Positions 22,191 to 34,454 are shown, counted from the stretch's first letter. The stretch is DNA of 64,000 bases from an uncultured Gemmataceae bacterium (GCA_963750165.1 CAVVPN010000004.1:288001-352000); one strand, 5' to 3'. Made by a program: numbers and translations. The notes: generated by a model not told the origin, from the letters alone.

Positions 22191-22943
22191 TCATCGGGGA
22201 CGGACGAAGAGGGCGTTGTGGACCCCGAAGTAGTCCTTCTCCGGGACCACGGAATCCGTGTACAGGGTCACAAACCGGTAGCCGTGGCCGGCGAGCAACC
22301 GGTGAATTTCGATGAGGGTGCTGGTCTTGCTCGACCCGATGTCGATCGTGAAGACCTCGCAGAAGATGAAGCGAATCCGCCCCTCGGACAGCAACCGGGT
22401 GGAGCCCGTCAGGACCTGCAAGTCGCACCCCTCCGTGTCCGTCTTGAGCAGGTCGATGGCCGAGACGCCCTGCTGCTCGCAGAAGTGGTCGAGCGTCTCG
22501 ACCTGGACTTCGATGCGCCCGAACGGCGGCGGCTGGCCGGGATCCCAGCCGTCCCGCTCCGACAGGCTCGCCCATTCGGAGCGGTCGTAGAGGTTGAAGG
22601 GCTGGGTCCCGCGCTCGGCGCCCAGGGCCAGGCGCACGGGGTTGATCCGCGCCAGCCGAGCGGTGTTGCGCTGCAGTTGGTCAAACGTGGACGGGTTCGG
22701 CTCGAAGGCATGGACCGTGGCATTCGGGAAATGGTGCGCCACGCCGGCGCTGAAGTGCCCGACGTTGGCCCCGACATCGAACACTGTCCGGAACGAGTCC
22801 GCGCCGCCGAGCCGCCCCAGGTCGTCGAACAGGGACACGCCGAACGGGGCGGTCGCGCGCAGAAAATGGAAGCTGTCGGCCCGGATCAACTTGAGGCCGA
22901 GCGGCCGGAGGAGAGCGTTGACCGTGTTGCGGATTAGCGGCAT
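22191..22943 (-). CDS. FkbM family methyltransferase
   Basis: FDVGANVG, HAFEP and LLKTDTEGCD. Confidence 0.9.
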   Translation of the reverse strand: MPLIRNTVNALLRPLGLKLIRADSFHFLRATAPFGVSLFDDLGRLGGADSFRTVFDVGANVGHFSAGVAHHFPNATVHAFEPNPSTFDQLQRNTARLARINPVRLALGAERGTQPFNLYDRSEWASLSERDGWDPGQPPPFGRIEVQVETLDHFCEQQGVSAIDLLKTDTEGCDLQVLTGSTRLLSEGRIRFIFCEVFTIDIGSSKTSTLIEIHRLLAGHGYRFVTLYTDSVVPEKDYFGVHNALFVRPR

Positions 22944-23011
22944 GGGGTGCCTTCGGCGATAAACAGGGTTCAGGCAGGTTCAACGAAACGGAGCCGTTGC
23001 AGGCGGGACGA

Positions 23012-24223
23012 TTACGTGGCCGTGTCCGGGACCGTCAGCGCGGCCAGAAACCGCCCCCGGACGTTGTCCGGCGAGAACTCCCGAACGCCGGCCGATACGC
23101 CGGCCGCGGCGACACGGGCGGCGTGGGCCGGGTCGGTCAGTCGTCGGAGCGGTTCCAGGAGGGCCGTCGGATCCGGGTCGGTGACCAGTTCGGCGGCGCC
23201 GAGGTGACCCGCGAGCCAACGGGCGGCCGAGCTGTAGGGCGGTGTCCACGCGAGGATCGGCAGCCCGATCGCGGTGTACTCGGCGAGCTTGCTCGGGAAG
23301 AGCGTCGCCACGTCCGTTGCCTCGCCGCGGGCGAAAGAGGTGGGGAGAAAGAGTGCGTCGGCAGTGTCGGACACCCGACGGCCCAGTTCCTCGGCGCAAA
23401 CCATCCGACCCGCCGGACGTTCGGCCGGTAAAGGCCGAATCCCCGCAGCTGGTCTTCCGAGGTCGGGACGTACAGGTCGAGGCGCCCGCCGATCTGGGCG
23501 AGGGCGCCGGCCAGCGCACCGAGGGCGTCCGCGGTACTCGGCCGCGGGACCGACCCGGCGTAGGCAACCACGAACGCGCCCGCGCGCGCAGGGCGGACGC
23601 GAACGCGGGGCTCGGGGCTGTCGTCACCCCGGGTCGGATACAGCACCACCCCCGAGCCGCCGTACCGCGCGGACCAGTGCTCGAGCATTCCCGGGCTGAC
23701 ACAGAACCGTTGGGCCGCGCGCCGCCACACCCGGCCGAGCGCCGGGCGCACGCCCAGCGAACCGCCGGCCGGACCCATCTGGGCTGGCTCTGGGTCATCT
23801 CGGTCGGCCAGTCGTCGTGGAGGATGAGGTGGAGCGGCACCCGGAGCCGGGCCGCGAGGTGGTCGGCGAGGAAAAACCCGAACCGGGCGGTGACCGTGAG
23901 CACGGCTTGCGGCTCGAACGCAGCCACCTCCCGGGCCAGGCGGGGCGCCCGGAGCGTGATGTAGCGCGCCATGTGGACTGGCCAGAAGGGGTTGAACCGG
24001 TTCCAGATGGCCTTCGGAATGCGGTAGTCGAACGGCCGGTAGGCCACCCCCGGAAGCCGAACGGGATCAGCCACCCCGGGCGTGGTGAGGCTGTAAATGA
24101 GGAGCCGGTCCGGCGGGTACGCCTGGAGGAGGCGGAACAGGACCAGGCACCCCCCGACCGTTTTCTCGACGGGCATCTCACCCAGCACGAGCAAGCGCGG
24201 GGGTTGACGCGGGCCGGCGCCGG

Positions 24224-24227
<4 letters not shown>
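23012..24227 (-). CDS. Glycosyltransferase (GT4-like), split by about two frameshifts
   Basis: LILHDDW, VAYAGS and [16 protein letters not shown] are spread over three ORFs. The GTG start overlaps the epimerase stop. Confidence 0.75.
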
Positions 24228-25279
<1,052 letters not shown>

Positions 25280-25298
25280 AAACGCGATCCCGGTCGGA

Positions 25299-26096
25299 CT
25301 ACGGTTGCGGCAGCAGCAGCAGGTTCTCGTGGGCGGCGAGCTGGAAGTTCAGGGCCCGCGGGTCGAGGGCCAGCGGGTACAGTTCGGGGATCAGGAAGGC
25401 GTCGTACCGGGTCCGGGCGGCGAGCCGCAGCATATCCTCCGGCTGGCACCCGTATGCCACGAAGTTCTTCGCGCACCACTCGGTGACGACCACCGGCCGG
25501 CACGCCGCCAGGCATTCGACCGCCCCGGCCAGCACACCCAGCTCGGCCCCCTCGACATCCACCTTCAGCAGGGACACGTCGGGCCGCCCGCGGGCCTGCC
25601 ACTCGGCGTCGATGCTGGCGGTCGGGACTTTGATCTGTTCGGTCGCGGACGAGCCCCGGCCGGTGTCCCGCAGTCCCTCGAACACGTCCGCCCCCGTACT
25701 GTGGACCGTGAAGGTCACCTCCCCGCCGGGGTGCTCGGTGACCGCTTTCGGGACGACCTCCCAGCGGTCGCGGAAGCGGCTCTCGTCGCGCGTCCGGCTC
25801 AGGTGGGACAGGACGGTCGGCGACGGCTCGAAGGACACCACCCGGACGTCCGCGTGCCGGTCCAGGACGGTCAGGGCCGAGACGCCAATGTTGGCCCCGA
25901 CGTCGAACATCATTGTTCCGGGCCGGGCCGCGGTGATCAACAAGGCGGACACGTCGGCCTCCCAGTGCCCGCTCCGCAGCAGGCTCAGGGCGACCAGGGA
26001 GTTGTGCGGGAAGTACAGCGGGCCGCCCAGCCAGGGCATGACGCCGCGGCGGTTGGACCGCCAGACGCGATAACGGTGTCGGTAGCGGGAGAACAC
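25299..26096 (-). CDS. FkbM family methyltransferase
   Basis: [12 protein letters not shown] and [10 protein letters not shown]. Start approximate. Confidence 0.88.
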   Translation of the reverse strand: MFSRYRHRYRVWRSNRRGVMPWLGGPLYFPHNSLVALSLLRSGHWEADVSALLITAARPGTMMFDVGANIGVSALTVLDRHADVRVVSFEPSPTVLSHLSRTRDESRFRDRWEVVPKAVTEHPGGEVTFTVHSTGADVFEGLRDTGRGSSATEQIKVPTASIDAEWQARGRPDVSLLKVDVEGAELGVLAGAVECLAACRPVVVTEWCAKNFVAYGCQPEDMLRLAARTRYDAFLIPELYPLALDPRALNFQLAAHENLLLLPQP

Positions 26097-26098
26097 GG

Positions 26099-26821
26099 CT
26101 ACTTCGGCTCCGGAGCACGCGTGAACAACCCGTTCACCTGCAGCAGTTCGCCCGCCGGCCCGAGGAACTCGGGGGCCAGGCCCCGGAGATACAGTTGCCG
26201 GGCGTGCAGGTGTTCGATCACCTCGTGGATCAGGCAGGCCCCGTCGTAGAGTTGCACGAAGGACAGTTCGACCCACACCGCCCGGGTCCGGGCGAGGGTT
26301 TGCGCACCGCCCCGAAGCACCTGGAGTTCGTTCCCCTGGGTGTCGAGCTTCAGCAGGTCGAGCCGGTCGATGCCGGCGCCGGCGGTGAAGTGGTCCAGCG
26401 TGTCCACCGGGCAGGTCTCGGTCTCGCGCACGCCGAGCGGCAAGTGCCGCAGCTCGGGCAGGTCCGCCTTGATCGGCAGCAACGACGCCGTCATGTCCAT
26501 GCCGCGGCTGACCTCCAGCTCGACCGTGCCGGCCCGGTCGGCCAGGGCCAGCCAATGCACCGAGAACCGGGGCGGGGGAAACCGGCGGGTCAACTCGTCC
26601 GTCAGTCGCCGCTGGGGCTCGACCAGCCACGCCCGGGCCACGGGGAACCAGCCGGCCAGGTCGGTGGCGAACTGGCCGCAATTGGCCCCGACGTCCAGCA
26701 CGGTGAGCGGGCCGGCGCCGGCCGCCCAGGTGCGCAGCGGCTCGGGATGCGGGTTCGTGGGGCGGAGCCAACGGCGGAGCCGGCGCGGGACGGCGCGCAG
26801 CAGACGGGTCAGGTCGCGCAT
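26099..26821 (-). CDS. FkbM family methyltransferase
   Basis: LDVGANCGQF, LLKLDTQGNELQVLRG and ELSFVQLY. Confidence 0.88.
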   Translation of the reverse strand: MRDLTRLLRAVPRRLRRWLRPTNPHPEPLRTWAAGAGPLTVLDVGANCGQFATDLAGWFPVARAWLVEPQRRLTDELTRRFPPPRFSVHWLALADRAGTVELEVSRGMDMTASLLPIKADLPELRHLPLGVRETETCPVDTLDHFTAGAGIDRLDLLKLDTQGNELQVLRGGAQTLARTRAVWVELSFVQLYDGACLIHEVIEHLHARQLYLRGLAPEFLGPAGELLQVNGLFTRAPEPK

Positions 26822-28074
26822 CGGGGTCGATCCGGAAGGGGGGTTGGCTCGGCGGCGACCAGCACCGACCGCAGTTCGTAGTTTCCCACTCCCCACTGCT
26901 GGTGCAGCCGGCGGACGGCGGGTGGCCGGGGCGGGGGGTGCAACTCGAACGTCAGGCAGTTGTCCAGCCGGTCCAAATAACTGGCGTCGGGGTAGGTGAG
27001 ATCCAGCCCGACCAGGTAGCCACCGACCGCCAGGCTGGCCCCGTCGAACTGCCCGGTCACCCGCGTCCATCCCGGGGTCAGGTGGACCAGTGAGGTCGGG
27101 TTCAGCGTCCCGAGCGAGCCGAAGCCGACCGGCGTGCCGGCCCGGTCATACAGCCGCAGGTCCAGGGTGACCGCGGTGGCGTGGTCCGACTGGACGACCA
27201 CGGTGAGCGTCAGGATCGGTCCGGCCTCAGCCTCGGTCAGTGCCAGTTCGGCGGACACGATGCCCACCCCGGCCGGCTCCCGGTCCCGCACGAAGGACTG
27301 CCCCGGGGCATGCCGGTTCAGGTAGAAGGCGACCGCCTCGGTGGCCGGGCCGATCCGGGCGACCGCGCCTTGCTCCAGAACCACGGCGGTGCGGCACAGG
27401 GCCTGGACCGCGCTCATGTTGTGCGACACGAACAGCACCGTCCGCCCGCCCCGCGCCACCTCGCCCATCTTGCCCAGGCATTTCTTCTGAAACTCGGCGT
27501 CGCCGACCGCCAGCACCTCGTCCACGACCAGGATTTCCGGCTCCAGGTGGGCGGCGACCGCGAACGCCAGCCGCGTGTACATGCCGCTGGAGTAGTGCTT
27601 GACCGGCGTGTCGATGAACTGCTCCACTTCCGCGAAGCCGACGATGTCCTCGAACTTCCTGGTGATTTCCACTCGCTTCATGCCGAGGATGGCCCCGTTC
27701 AGATAGATGTTCTCGCGGCCGGTCAGTTCCGGGTGGAAGCCGGTGCCCACTTCGAGCAGACTGCCGACGCGGCCGTGGATGTCCGCCTCGCCCTCGGTCG
27801 GTTCGGTGATGCGACTCAGGATTTTGAGCAGCGTGCTCTTGCCGGCCCCGTTGCGGCCGATGACGCCGACCACCTCGCCGCGCCGCACCTCGAACGACAC
27901 GTCGCGCAGCGCCCAGAAAGTGGGCCGGCCCTCGGCCCCGCGGGCGCGCCGCAGCAGTCGCCGCAGGGAGGTCCACTTGCGAATCTGGTCGCGCAGGGTG
28001 GTGTACCGCTCCTTCGTCTCGCCGAGCCGGTACTGCTTGCCCAGACCTGCCACGCGCACCGCCACGTCGCTCAC
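26809..28074 (-). CDS. wzt: Polysaccharide ABC transporter ATP-binding protein (Wzt) with C-terminal domain
   Basis: GRNGAGKST, LEVGTGFHPELTGRENI, YSSGM and VDEVLAVGDAEFQKKC. Confidence 0.93.
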   Translation of the reverse strand: MSDVAVRVAGLGKQYRLGETKERYTTLRDQIRKWTSLRRLLRRARGAEGRPTFWALRDVSFEVRRGEVVGVIGRNGAGKSTLLKILSRITEPTEGEADIHGRVGSLLEVGTGFHPELTGRENIYLNGAILGMKRVEITRKFEDIVGFAEVEQFIDTPVKHYSSGMYTRLAFAVAAHLEPEILVVDEVLAVGDAEFQKKCLGKMGEVARGGRTVLFVSHNMSAVQALCRTAVVLEQGAVARIGPATEAVAFYLNRHAPGQSFVRDREPAGVGIVSAELALTEAEAGPILTLTVVVQSDHATAVTLDLRLYDRAGTPVGFGSLGTLNPTSLVHLTPGWTRVTGQFDGASLAVGGYLVGLDLTYPDASYLDRLDNCLTFELHPPPRPPAVRRLHQQWGVGNYELRSVLVAAEPTPLPDRPRCAT

Positions 28075-28091
28075 GGCCGACACCCCCCCAG

Positions 28092-28970
28092 TCAAACCAC
28101 GTCGGCGAAGGTCCGCTCCAGCCGTCGGAAGTAGAACAACCCGCCAGCCAGCAGCGCCACCACCACCGCGGCCGACACGGCGAGCAGCGCCACGTCCACG
28201 TTCCCCGTGCCCAGCAGCGCCCAGCGGAAGCTTTCGACCACGCCCGCCATCGGATTGAGCCCGTACAGCGGCCGCCATTCCGCCGGCACCAGCGAACTCG
28301 GATACGCCACCGGCGTCAGGAACAGCCACATCTGCGTCAGGAACGGGATGGTGTAGCGCACGTCGCGATACTGCACGTTCAGGGCCGCCAACCACAGCCC
28401 GACCGCCAGCGCCGCGGCCAGGGCGAACAGCACCAGCAGCGGCACCGCCAGCAGCGCCCACGTCAGCGGCACCGCGTACCACACCATCAGCCCCAGCACC
28501 AGCACGAACGCCACGGCGAAGTCCACCAGCCCTGACAGCACCGACGCCAGCGGCACCGCCAGCCGCGGGAAGTACACCTTCGTGATGAGTCGCTGTTCGT
28601 TCACCAGGCTGTTGCTCGACTGCGTCAGGGCGTAGCTGAACAGCTGCCACGGCAGCAGCGCCGTCAGCACGAACAGCGGGTAGGGCAGGCCGTCCGAGGG
28701 CAGCTTGCCGAGGTTGCCAAAGAAGATCGTGAACACCAGCGCCGTGAACAGCGGCTGGATCACCGCCCAGGCCACGCCCAGCGCCGTCTGCTTGTAGCGC
28801 AGCTTCACATCGCGCAGAGCCAGGAACCACAGCAGTTCGCGGTAGCGCCACAGTTCCGTCAGGTGCAGGGCGCGCCAGCCGGCGCTCGGGCGGATGCGCA
28901 CGACTTCGGTTACCGGCACCGTCTCCGGGACCGCGGGGGTCTGTGGCGACCGCTCAAGGATCGAGGACAT
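28092..28970 (-). CDS. wzm: Polysaccharide ABC transporter permease (Wzm)
   Basis: ELWRYRELL…RDVKLRYKQT, KVYFPR, TPVAYP, LNPM and ERTFADVV. Confidence 0.93.
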   Translation of the reverse strand: MSSILERSPQTPAVPETVPVTEVVRIRPSAGWRALHLTELWRYRELLWFLALRDVKLRYKQTALGVAWAVIQPLFTALVFTIFFGNLGKLPSDGLPYPLFVLTALLPWQLFSYALTQSSNSLVNEQRLITKVYFPRLAVPLASVLSGLVDFAVAFVLVLGLMVWYAVPLTWALLAVPLLVLFALAAALAVGLWLAALNVQYRDVRYTIPFLTQMWLFLTPVAYPSSLVPAEWRPLYGLNPMAGVVESFRWALLGTGNVDVALLAVSAAVVVALLAGGLFYFRRLERTFADVV

Positions 28971-29005
28971 GGGGTTCCCTGGGTGGAATTCCGCCGGCCG
29001 ACTGC

Positions 29006-30052
29006 TTACACCAGCGCCGAACTTCCGGGTTCACTGGCCGCTCCGGGGGCAACCGGGGTTTCGGCCCCCGCTGCCCGGGGCGGTGCGGTCGGCCTGCGTC
29101 GAGCGAGGCGCCGCACCAGCCGGACGCCGTGGCGGAGCGGGTAATCCACCCAGATCGGCAACAACGTCTTCAGCCGCCCCCACGGGTCACCGGCAAACCA
29201 GCCGCTGCGCACCATGGCGGCGAGCCACCGCCGCTGCGTCCTGCAGGCCAGCCCGCGGCCCCACGGTTTGCGGCGGCCAATGAAATGGATGATCCCCCCC
29301 GTGTTCAGCAACTCGGCCCGCCGGGGGGCCACCGCGGCGGTGACCCAGCTGGGGTCCATGCTGTGGAACAGGGCGTCAAATTCGATGTACGCGGGGACGT
29401 TCCAGCGCAAATCGACGGGCTTGCACACCTGACACAGGACCGCGTTCACCCCGTCCTGGTCGGCGTAGCGGTTCAACGCCCGGTAGCGCTGGCAGTGCTC
29501 CAGAATCCGCCGGGCGACTCCCTCGCGCCGCCACCAGTCCAGGTTCATGACGAGGACGCCGGCGTTGATGTACCGGGCGTCCGCGGGCAGGCCCAGTTCG
29601 GCCCAGTTGGGCAGGCACGCCGGCGCGGACACGCACGGGCCGCCGTACTCCGGCACCGCCGCGATGGCGTGACCGTCGGAACGCTCGGCCCACAGCCCCT
29701 GCAGGCTGTCCTGCACGAGCAGGTCGCTGTCCAGGTAAATGGCCTGGGATACCTCTGGCGGCAGACTCTCCGGAACCAGCACCCGCAGGTAGGTCATCGG
29801 CCCGAAACGGCCCAGTGGCACGCCGGCCAGCACGTCGAGCCGCGGCCGGACGAAGTGCAGTGTCACGTCGCGGCCGGCGTTGGCCACGGTCCGGACGAGT
29901 CGGCCGCGCGTGGGCTCGGTCAGGCCGCCGTCGAGGACGTACACGTCGCAGCCCTCGTCGGGCCGCAGCCGCTCGGCAGCCGAAAACAGCGTCACGGCCA
30001 GCGGCAGCGCGAAGACCTCGTCGGCCCCGGTCGCGATCACGATGCGGGACAT
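29006..30052 (-). CDS. Glycosyltransferase family 8
   Basis: YLDSD, YINAGVLVMNL, DQDGVN and IIHFIGRRKPW. Confidence 0.9.
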   Translation of the reverse strand: MSRIVIATGADEVFALPLAVTLFSAAERLRPDEGCDVYVLDGGLTEPTRGRLVRTVANAGRDVTLHFVRPRLDVLAGVPLGRFGPMTYLRVLVPESLPPEVSQAIYLDSDLLVQDSLQGLWAERSDGHAIAAVPEYGGPCVSAPACLPNWAELGLPADARYINAGVLVMNLDWWRREGVARRILEHCQRYRALNRYADQDGVNAVLCQVCKPVDLRWNVPAYIEFDALFHSMDPSWVTAAVAPRRAELLNTGGIIHFIGRRKPWGRGLACRTQRRWLAAMVRSGWFAGDPWGRLKTLLPIWVDYPLRHGVRLVRRLARRRPTAPPRAAGAETPVAPGAASEPGSSALV

Positions 30053-30107
30053 GGAACCTCCCCGCTGCACTGGAGCGGTTCGCAAATGGCAGGCGCACAC
30101 CACGTGG

Positions 30108-30917
30108 TCAACGCGCTGGCGAACCGCTCTGGGCACGAGGCCGCGAGCCACGCCACCACCGCACGGCCCGCCGGGCGTGCGGCAGGAGCCAGCCCAGAGT
30201 CAACCAGTGGATCCGTTGACGACGCAACCAGGCCGCCACCTCGCGCGAGTGGGTTACCAGGTACGGGTCCCGGACCGCCGGGCAGTCCCGCAAAAAAATG
30301 CCGAACGTCACCCCCGTCAGTTTGCGGGCCGTGAACGGTATTGCCTGCTGCCGGAGATCGGACACGATTCTTCGGAGGGCGCGATGGACGATGAAATCGT
30401 CGTGAAAACAGATCGCCGCGTTGGGGGCACACACCCGGAGGCAAAAGGCGAAGTCGGAGAGCACGGAGGCGCAGGTATGCTCGCCGTCGATGAAGCAGTA
30501 GTCCGGGGCCGCGGGCAGGTCAGCCGGATGAATGTCGCGCGCGTCCGCGTCAATGCAGGTCATCTTGTCCAGCTGGTCCGGCGCGACACCGCGAAGGTTG
30601 TCCAGCATCCGTGTCGTGGAGTTTCCCTCGTAGAAGTAGTCCAGGCCGCGGCCGTCGGGCTGGCTGGGCGGCCGCTTGTCGATGGACACAATTTTCCGGC
30701 AGCGGGGGTCCAGCAGATGCTGCTGGATACTGCCGCCGAGGTGCGAACCGATCTCCAGGTAGACATACCCGGATGGCTCACGGAGGGACCGCTGGACGGC
30801 GAGCCATGCCTGGCGGTCGCCGTGGCTCGACTGTGACGGGATCGCGTCGAACAAGGTCACGTCGAGCGCCTCGATGCGCGCTGCGATGTCACTGCCGACC
30901 TCTTGCATGTTTTGCAT
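30108..30917 (-). CDS. Class I SAM-dependent methyltransferase (Methyltransf_24-like)
   Basis: YLEIGSHLGGS, FIDGEHT and CFHD. Confidence 0.85.
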   Translation of the reverse strand: MQNMQEVGSDIAARIEALDVTLFDAIPSQSSHGDRQAWLAVQRSLREPSGYVYLEIGSHLGGSIQQHLLDPRCRKIVSIDKRPPSQPDGRGLDYFYEGNSTTRMLDNLRGVAPDQLDKMTCIDADARDIHPADLPAAPDYCFIDGEHTCASVLSDFAFCLRVCAPNAAICFHDDFIVHRALRRIVSDLRQQAIPFTARKLTGVTFGIFLRDCPAVRDPYLVTHSREVAAWLRRQRIHWLTLGWLLPHARRAVRWWRGSRPRAQSGSPAR

Positions 30918-30998
30918 GGTTCCGCCTCCCCCTTCGCAGGCCGCCCCGCGAACGCCACGTCCCTTGCCCGGGTGCTGAGCCCGCCCGAGGCGCGGCCT

Positions 30999-31787
30999 TC
31001 ACTTCGCCCCGTTCCCGAACCGTTTCCATAACCGGTGTTTGATCGAACGCTTGACGATGCTCGGGAACCCCCAGATCACCTGCCGCAAGGTGACGTGCTT
31101 GTCCGCCGGAACGTGTGCCATGTACATCCGCGGATGCACCAGGGAGAGAGGCGGCCCGCCCTGGAATTCGAACTCCCGGAGGAGCGCGGCGTAGCGGTCG
31201 AGCGCCGCCCGCTTGACGAAGAACACCATGTTCTGCGCGTAAATCCAGGTCTCGTGCTGCCCCAGGTGGTCCCAGAGTCGGCGCCGCAACGGGTCCACGC
31301 CGACGTACTGCCGCTGAGCCCACTTCTCGACCCAGTAGGACAGCCATTGTTCGTTGACGTGGTGCGTGCCCCCCTGATACGGGGCCGCGGCCGAAAACAG
31401 CACCACGTCGCCGTGGCCGGCGAGGGAGTCGATGAACGACTCGGCGCAGGCAGGCGGCAGGTGTTCGGCCACTTCCAGGCAGACCACCAGGTCAAACGTC
31501 CTGCCCAGCGAAAAGGGTTTTTCGAGGTCCACCCGCCGGAAGCAGGGTTCCGGGATGAGCAGCTGGGACGCCGAGACCCAGGGCCCGTCCACCCCGAACA
31601 CGTCGGCCACCCCACGCTCGGAGAAGTGTTTCAACCACCCCCCCGTCCCGCAGCCCACGTCCAGAACCGAAGTCGGCCGGACCATTTCCAGGACCAGGGG
31701 AACGACGACGCCGGCCGCGTGGTCGGCTCCGCGGTCCATGTTCTTGAAGAAGGACTGGTCGTACCCAGGATTGGCAGGGTTGAGCAT
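30999..31787 (-). CDS. Class I SAM-dependent methyltransferase
   Basis: VLDVGCGTGGWL, CLEVAEHL and FSAAAPYQGGTHHVNEQ. Confidence 0.88.
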   Translation of the reverse strand: MLNPANPGYDQSFFKNMDRGADHAAGVVVPLVLEMVRPTSVLDVGCGTGGWLKHFSERGVADVFGVDGPWVSASQLLIPEPCFRRVDLEKPFSLGRTFDLVVCLEVAEHLPPACAESFIDSLAGHGDVVLFSAAAPYQGGTHHVNEQWLSYWVEKWAQRQYVGVDPLRRRLWDHLGQHETWIYAQNMVFFVKRAALDRYAALLREFEFQGGPPLSLVHPRMYMAHVPADKHVTLRQVIWGFPSIVKRSIKHRLWKRFGNGAK

Positions 31788-31829
31788 GAGGAAGGTAGTC
31801 CTCGGAGGTAATTCCTGGAAGGGGCAAGA

Positions 31830-33322
31830 TCAGGTGCGGCGGCCCCACGAGGGCCGCCTGCCGCGCCCGCTGGGACGCCGGGCGACAGGCGGCGTGCTCA
31901 CGACAGGGGCACTCCCGCGTACGGCGGTGGGGACAGCGGCCGCGGCCTGGCGTTCTCGGCGCGGGCCGGACACCGTCTCGGCCGGAGCGCCCGAGGCTGC
32001 GGGCCGTGCCCGGCCCGGCTCGGCAAGTCCGTGGCGGGTCACCAGGAAGCCGATGCCAAGGAAGACGATCACCGTGCCCGGGATGGCCGTCATCATCCCG
32101 GTGCCGATCATGTTCACGCCGACGCCGAACAACAGTTGCCACCAGAGCAACCGCCAGCCGAGCCGCCAGGGGTCCTTCGGCGAAGGCCCCGGTCGCGTCA
32201 GGCACCAGGCGAAGAAGGCGACCCACAGCATCAGGCCAACCAGGCCCTGCTCCAGTAAGATCCGGCTGTATTCATTCTCCATCTGGACGGGGTTGGTAAT
32301 CAGGCTTTGCAGGAAGTAAGGCAGACTGGTGCCGCCCGCCCCGAGGCCGTTGCCCATCGGGTAGGTGACCAGCAACTCCCAGAAATGAAAGTTCACGCTG
32401 CCCTGCACGCGGTTCTCCACCATGTCGGTATCCTTGAGGGTCGTGAACCGCTGCATCCGCTCCTCGCCGGCCACGACGTAGCCGATGGCCCCGAGCAGCA
32501 GCACCCAGACCACCAGATACTTTACCGAGATGCGTCCGGCGAACGTGGCGGCCGCGACGGAACTCGTGGCCACCAGCAGCAGGACGGCCAGCTGAACGAC
32601 GCTCAACCGCGCCGCCGTCAAGAAGACGCCCAGCAAGCCCGCCCCGGCGCCGAGGATGAACAGGCCGCGCTGCCACGGCGCCGACCGCGGTTGAATCAGG
32701 GCGCACACCAACCAGGGGAAGGTGCCGAGCATCGTGCCGCCGTAGGAGTGGGCGTTGGCGAAGGTGCCAGGGATGCGGAAGGTTCCCCGGCCCTGGCTGA
32801 CGACGTCCTTGCTCCTGTAAATGATCTCGGTCACCTGGTTCTCGGGGTAGAACGCCGGCACGCCCAGGACGAACTCCCCGAGCGCAAACACCAGGACCAC
32901 GCCGTTCAGGGTCGCCAGCCACAGCATCAGCTGCCCCAGCTGCCGGCCTGTCAGCAGCGCCCCCGCCAGCACGAACGGCACCAGGAAGGCGTTGCCGCGC
33001 AGCCCCACCAGCTGGACCAGCATGGCCTGCAACGGCAGCAGGAACATCACCAGCACCCAGCCGAGCATCACCGTCAGCCAGGTCCGCAGCGGCTTCAGGC
33101 GTGGCGTCTGCGTCCGCCGGAGTATTTCCGAGCCCTGGGACAGGTAAAACCCGAGCACCGCGCAGTCGAAGCAGAAGTACGTGAAACTGCCCAGGAAGTT
33201 GCGCGCAGGATGCCGTAAAAATACCCCACCGTCAGCACGCCCCCCAGCCCCGCGGCCAGCGATTTGCGGCCCAGCAGCAGCGTGCCGACCAGGGCGACCA
33301 GACACAACCCGATCCCGACCAT
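31830..33322 (-). CDS. Multi-pass membrane protein, O-antigen polymerase/ligase-like (frameshift near 33201)
   Basis: About 10 hydrophobic segments. RIPGTF, PMGNGLG and ENEYSRILLEQGLVG resemble the Wzy_C/WaaL loop. Confidence 0.7.
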
Positions 33323-33402
33323 GCGTTGAGTCCTGTAACGTGGGGCCGATAAACCGGTAGCGTGCGCGGCTCGGACGAGTCGTCTCTTTGCTTCCGAACG
33401 CT

Positions 33403-34074
33403 CTATGCGTTCTTTTTCCCGACCACGAGCACATTGTCCGAAAAGGCCCGCGGCCCCAGCCGGGAGAGCCAGCTCGGGTAGTGCCAGGGCACCCCGGGAA
33501 TGCGACCCCGCCGGCTGTAAGCGACCGCCACGTCCGTGAGCCCACACTCCGCGGCCATGCGCCGCAGGTCGATTTCCAGGAGGGCCGTCAGGTGGGCCGG
33601 GTAGCAGGCGTCCTGGAAGGCGTTAAACTGGTTCTTGACCAGGAGAGTCAATTTACTCAACAAACTCAGCTGGTTCGGCGTCGTCACGAGCACCAGGCCG
33701 CCCGGGGCCGTCAGGCGCGTCAGTTCGCGGAAGAACGCTCGCGGGTTCTCCAGGTGCTCAATGGTTTCCACGGCCACGGTCACCTCCGCGCAGCCGTCCG
33801 GTAACGGGACGCGCCCCGAGTCGAGGTCGATGGCCAGGAACTCGCCCTCAGCGGGAAAGCCGTCATAACGGACAGCGTCGCAGCCGACGTAACGGTGGAC
33901 CAGCGCCTGCACCGCCGGCCACAGCCGGCCGTGTCCGCAGCCCACGTCGAGCAGGGTGCCCCCCGCAGGCCGCCGCTCGGCCAGCACGCGGCGGACCATC
34001 TCGTAGATGGGGCCGTCGCTGGCGCCCGCACTGAGGTGCGCCCGCGTTTGCACACTTTCATCAACCTGGGCCAT
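33403..34074 (-). CDS. Class I SAM-dependent methyltransferase
   Basis: LLDVGCGHG, ETIEHLENP and PGGLVLVTTPN. Confidence 0.9.
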   Translation of the reverse strand: MAQVDESVQTRAHLSAGASDGPIYEMVRRVLAERRPAGGTLLDVGCGHGRLWPAVQALVHRYVGCDAVRYDGFPAEGEFLAIDLDSGRVPLPDGCAEVTVAVETIEHLENPRAFFRELTRLTAPGGLVLVTTPNQLSLLSKLTLLVKNQFNAFQDACYPAHLTALLEIDLRRMAAECGLTDVAVAYSRRGRIPGVPWHYPSWLSRLGPRAFSDNVLVVGKKNA

Positions 34075-34454
34075 GGGGGTCTTCTGTCCGGGGAACGGTG
34101 GCGCTGCTCAGGAAGTGCGGGCGGGGATCGGTTTCTGCGCGGACTTCGTCCCCATCGGTTGCACGGAGGGTCCAACCGTTCAGCAGCGGTGGGGCGAGCC
34201 AGGCGACCTCCAGAGTCGTCGCCGGGGTAATTGGGGGCTTCAATGCGGCCACGGCTTCGCTGCCGTGGAGAACCCGAGCGACCGTTGGGGGTTGGGGAAA
34301 GGCGAGGAGGCAGCAACCGCTCAGGAAAGATTACACGCCGTCGTCGCGTCCCTCAAGGGGCAACAGCGTTTTCTTGGAAATTACACATGAAGTCCAGCCC
34401 GGCCAGGGTCGCTCTCCGGGCGAGCGGCGCGGCGTCAGCCAGCGTCAATCGGTG

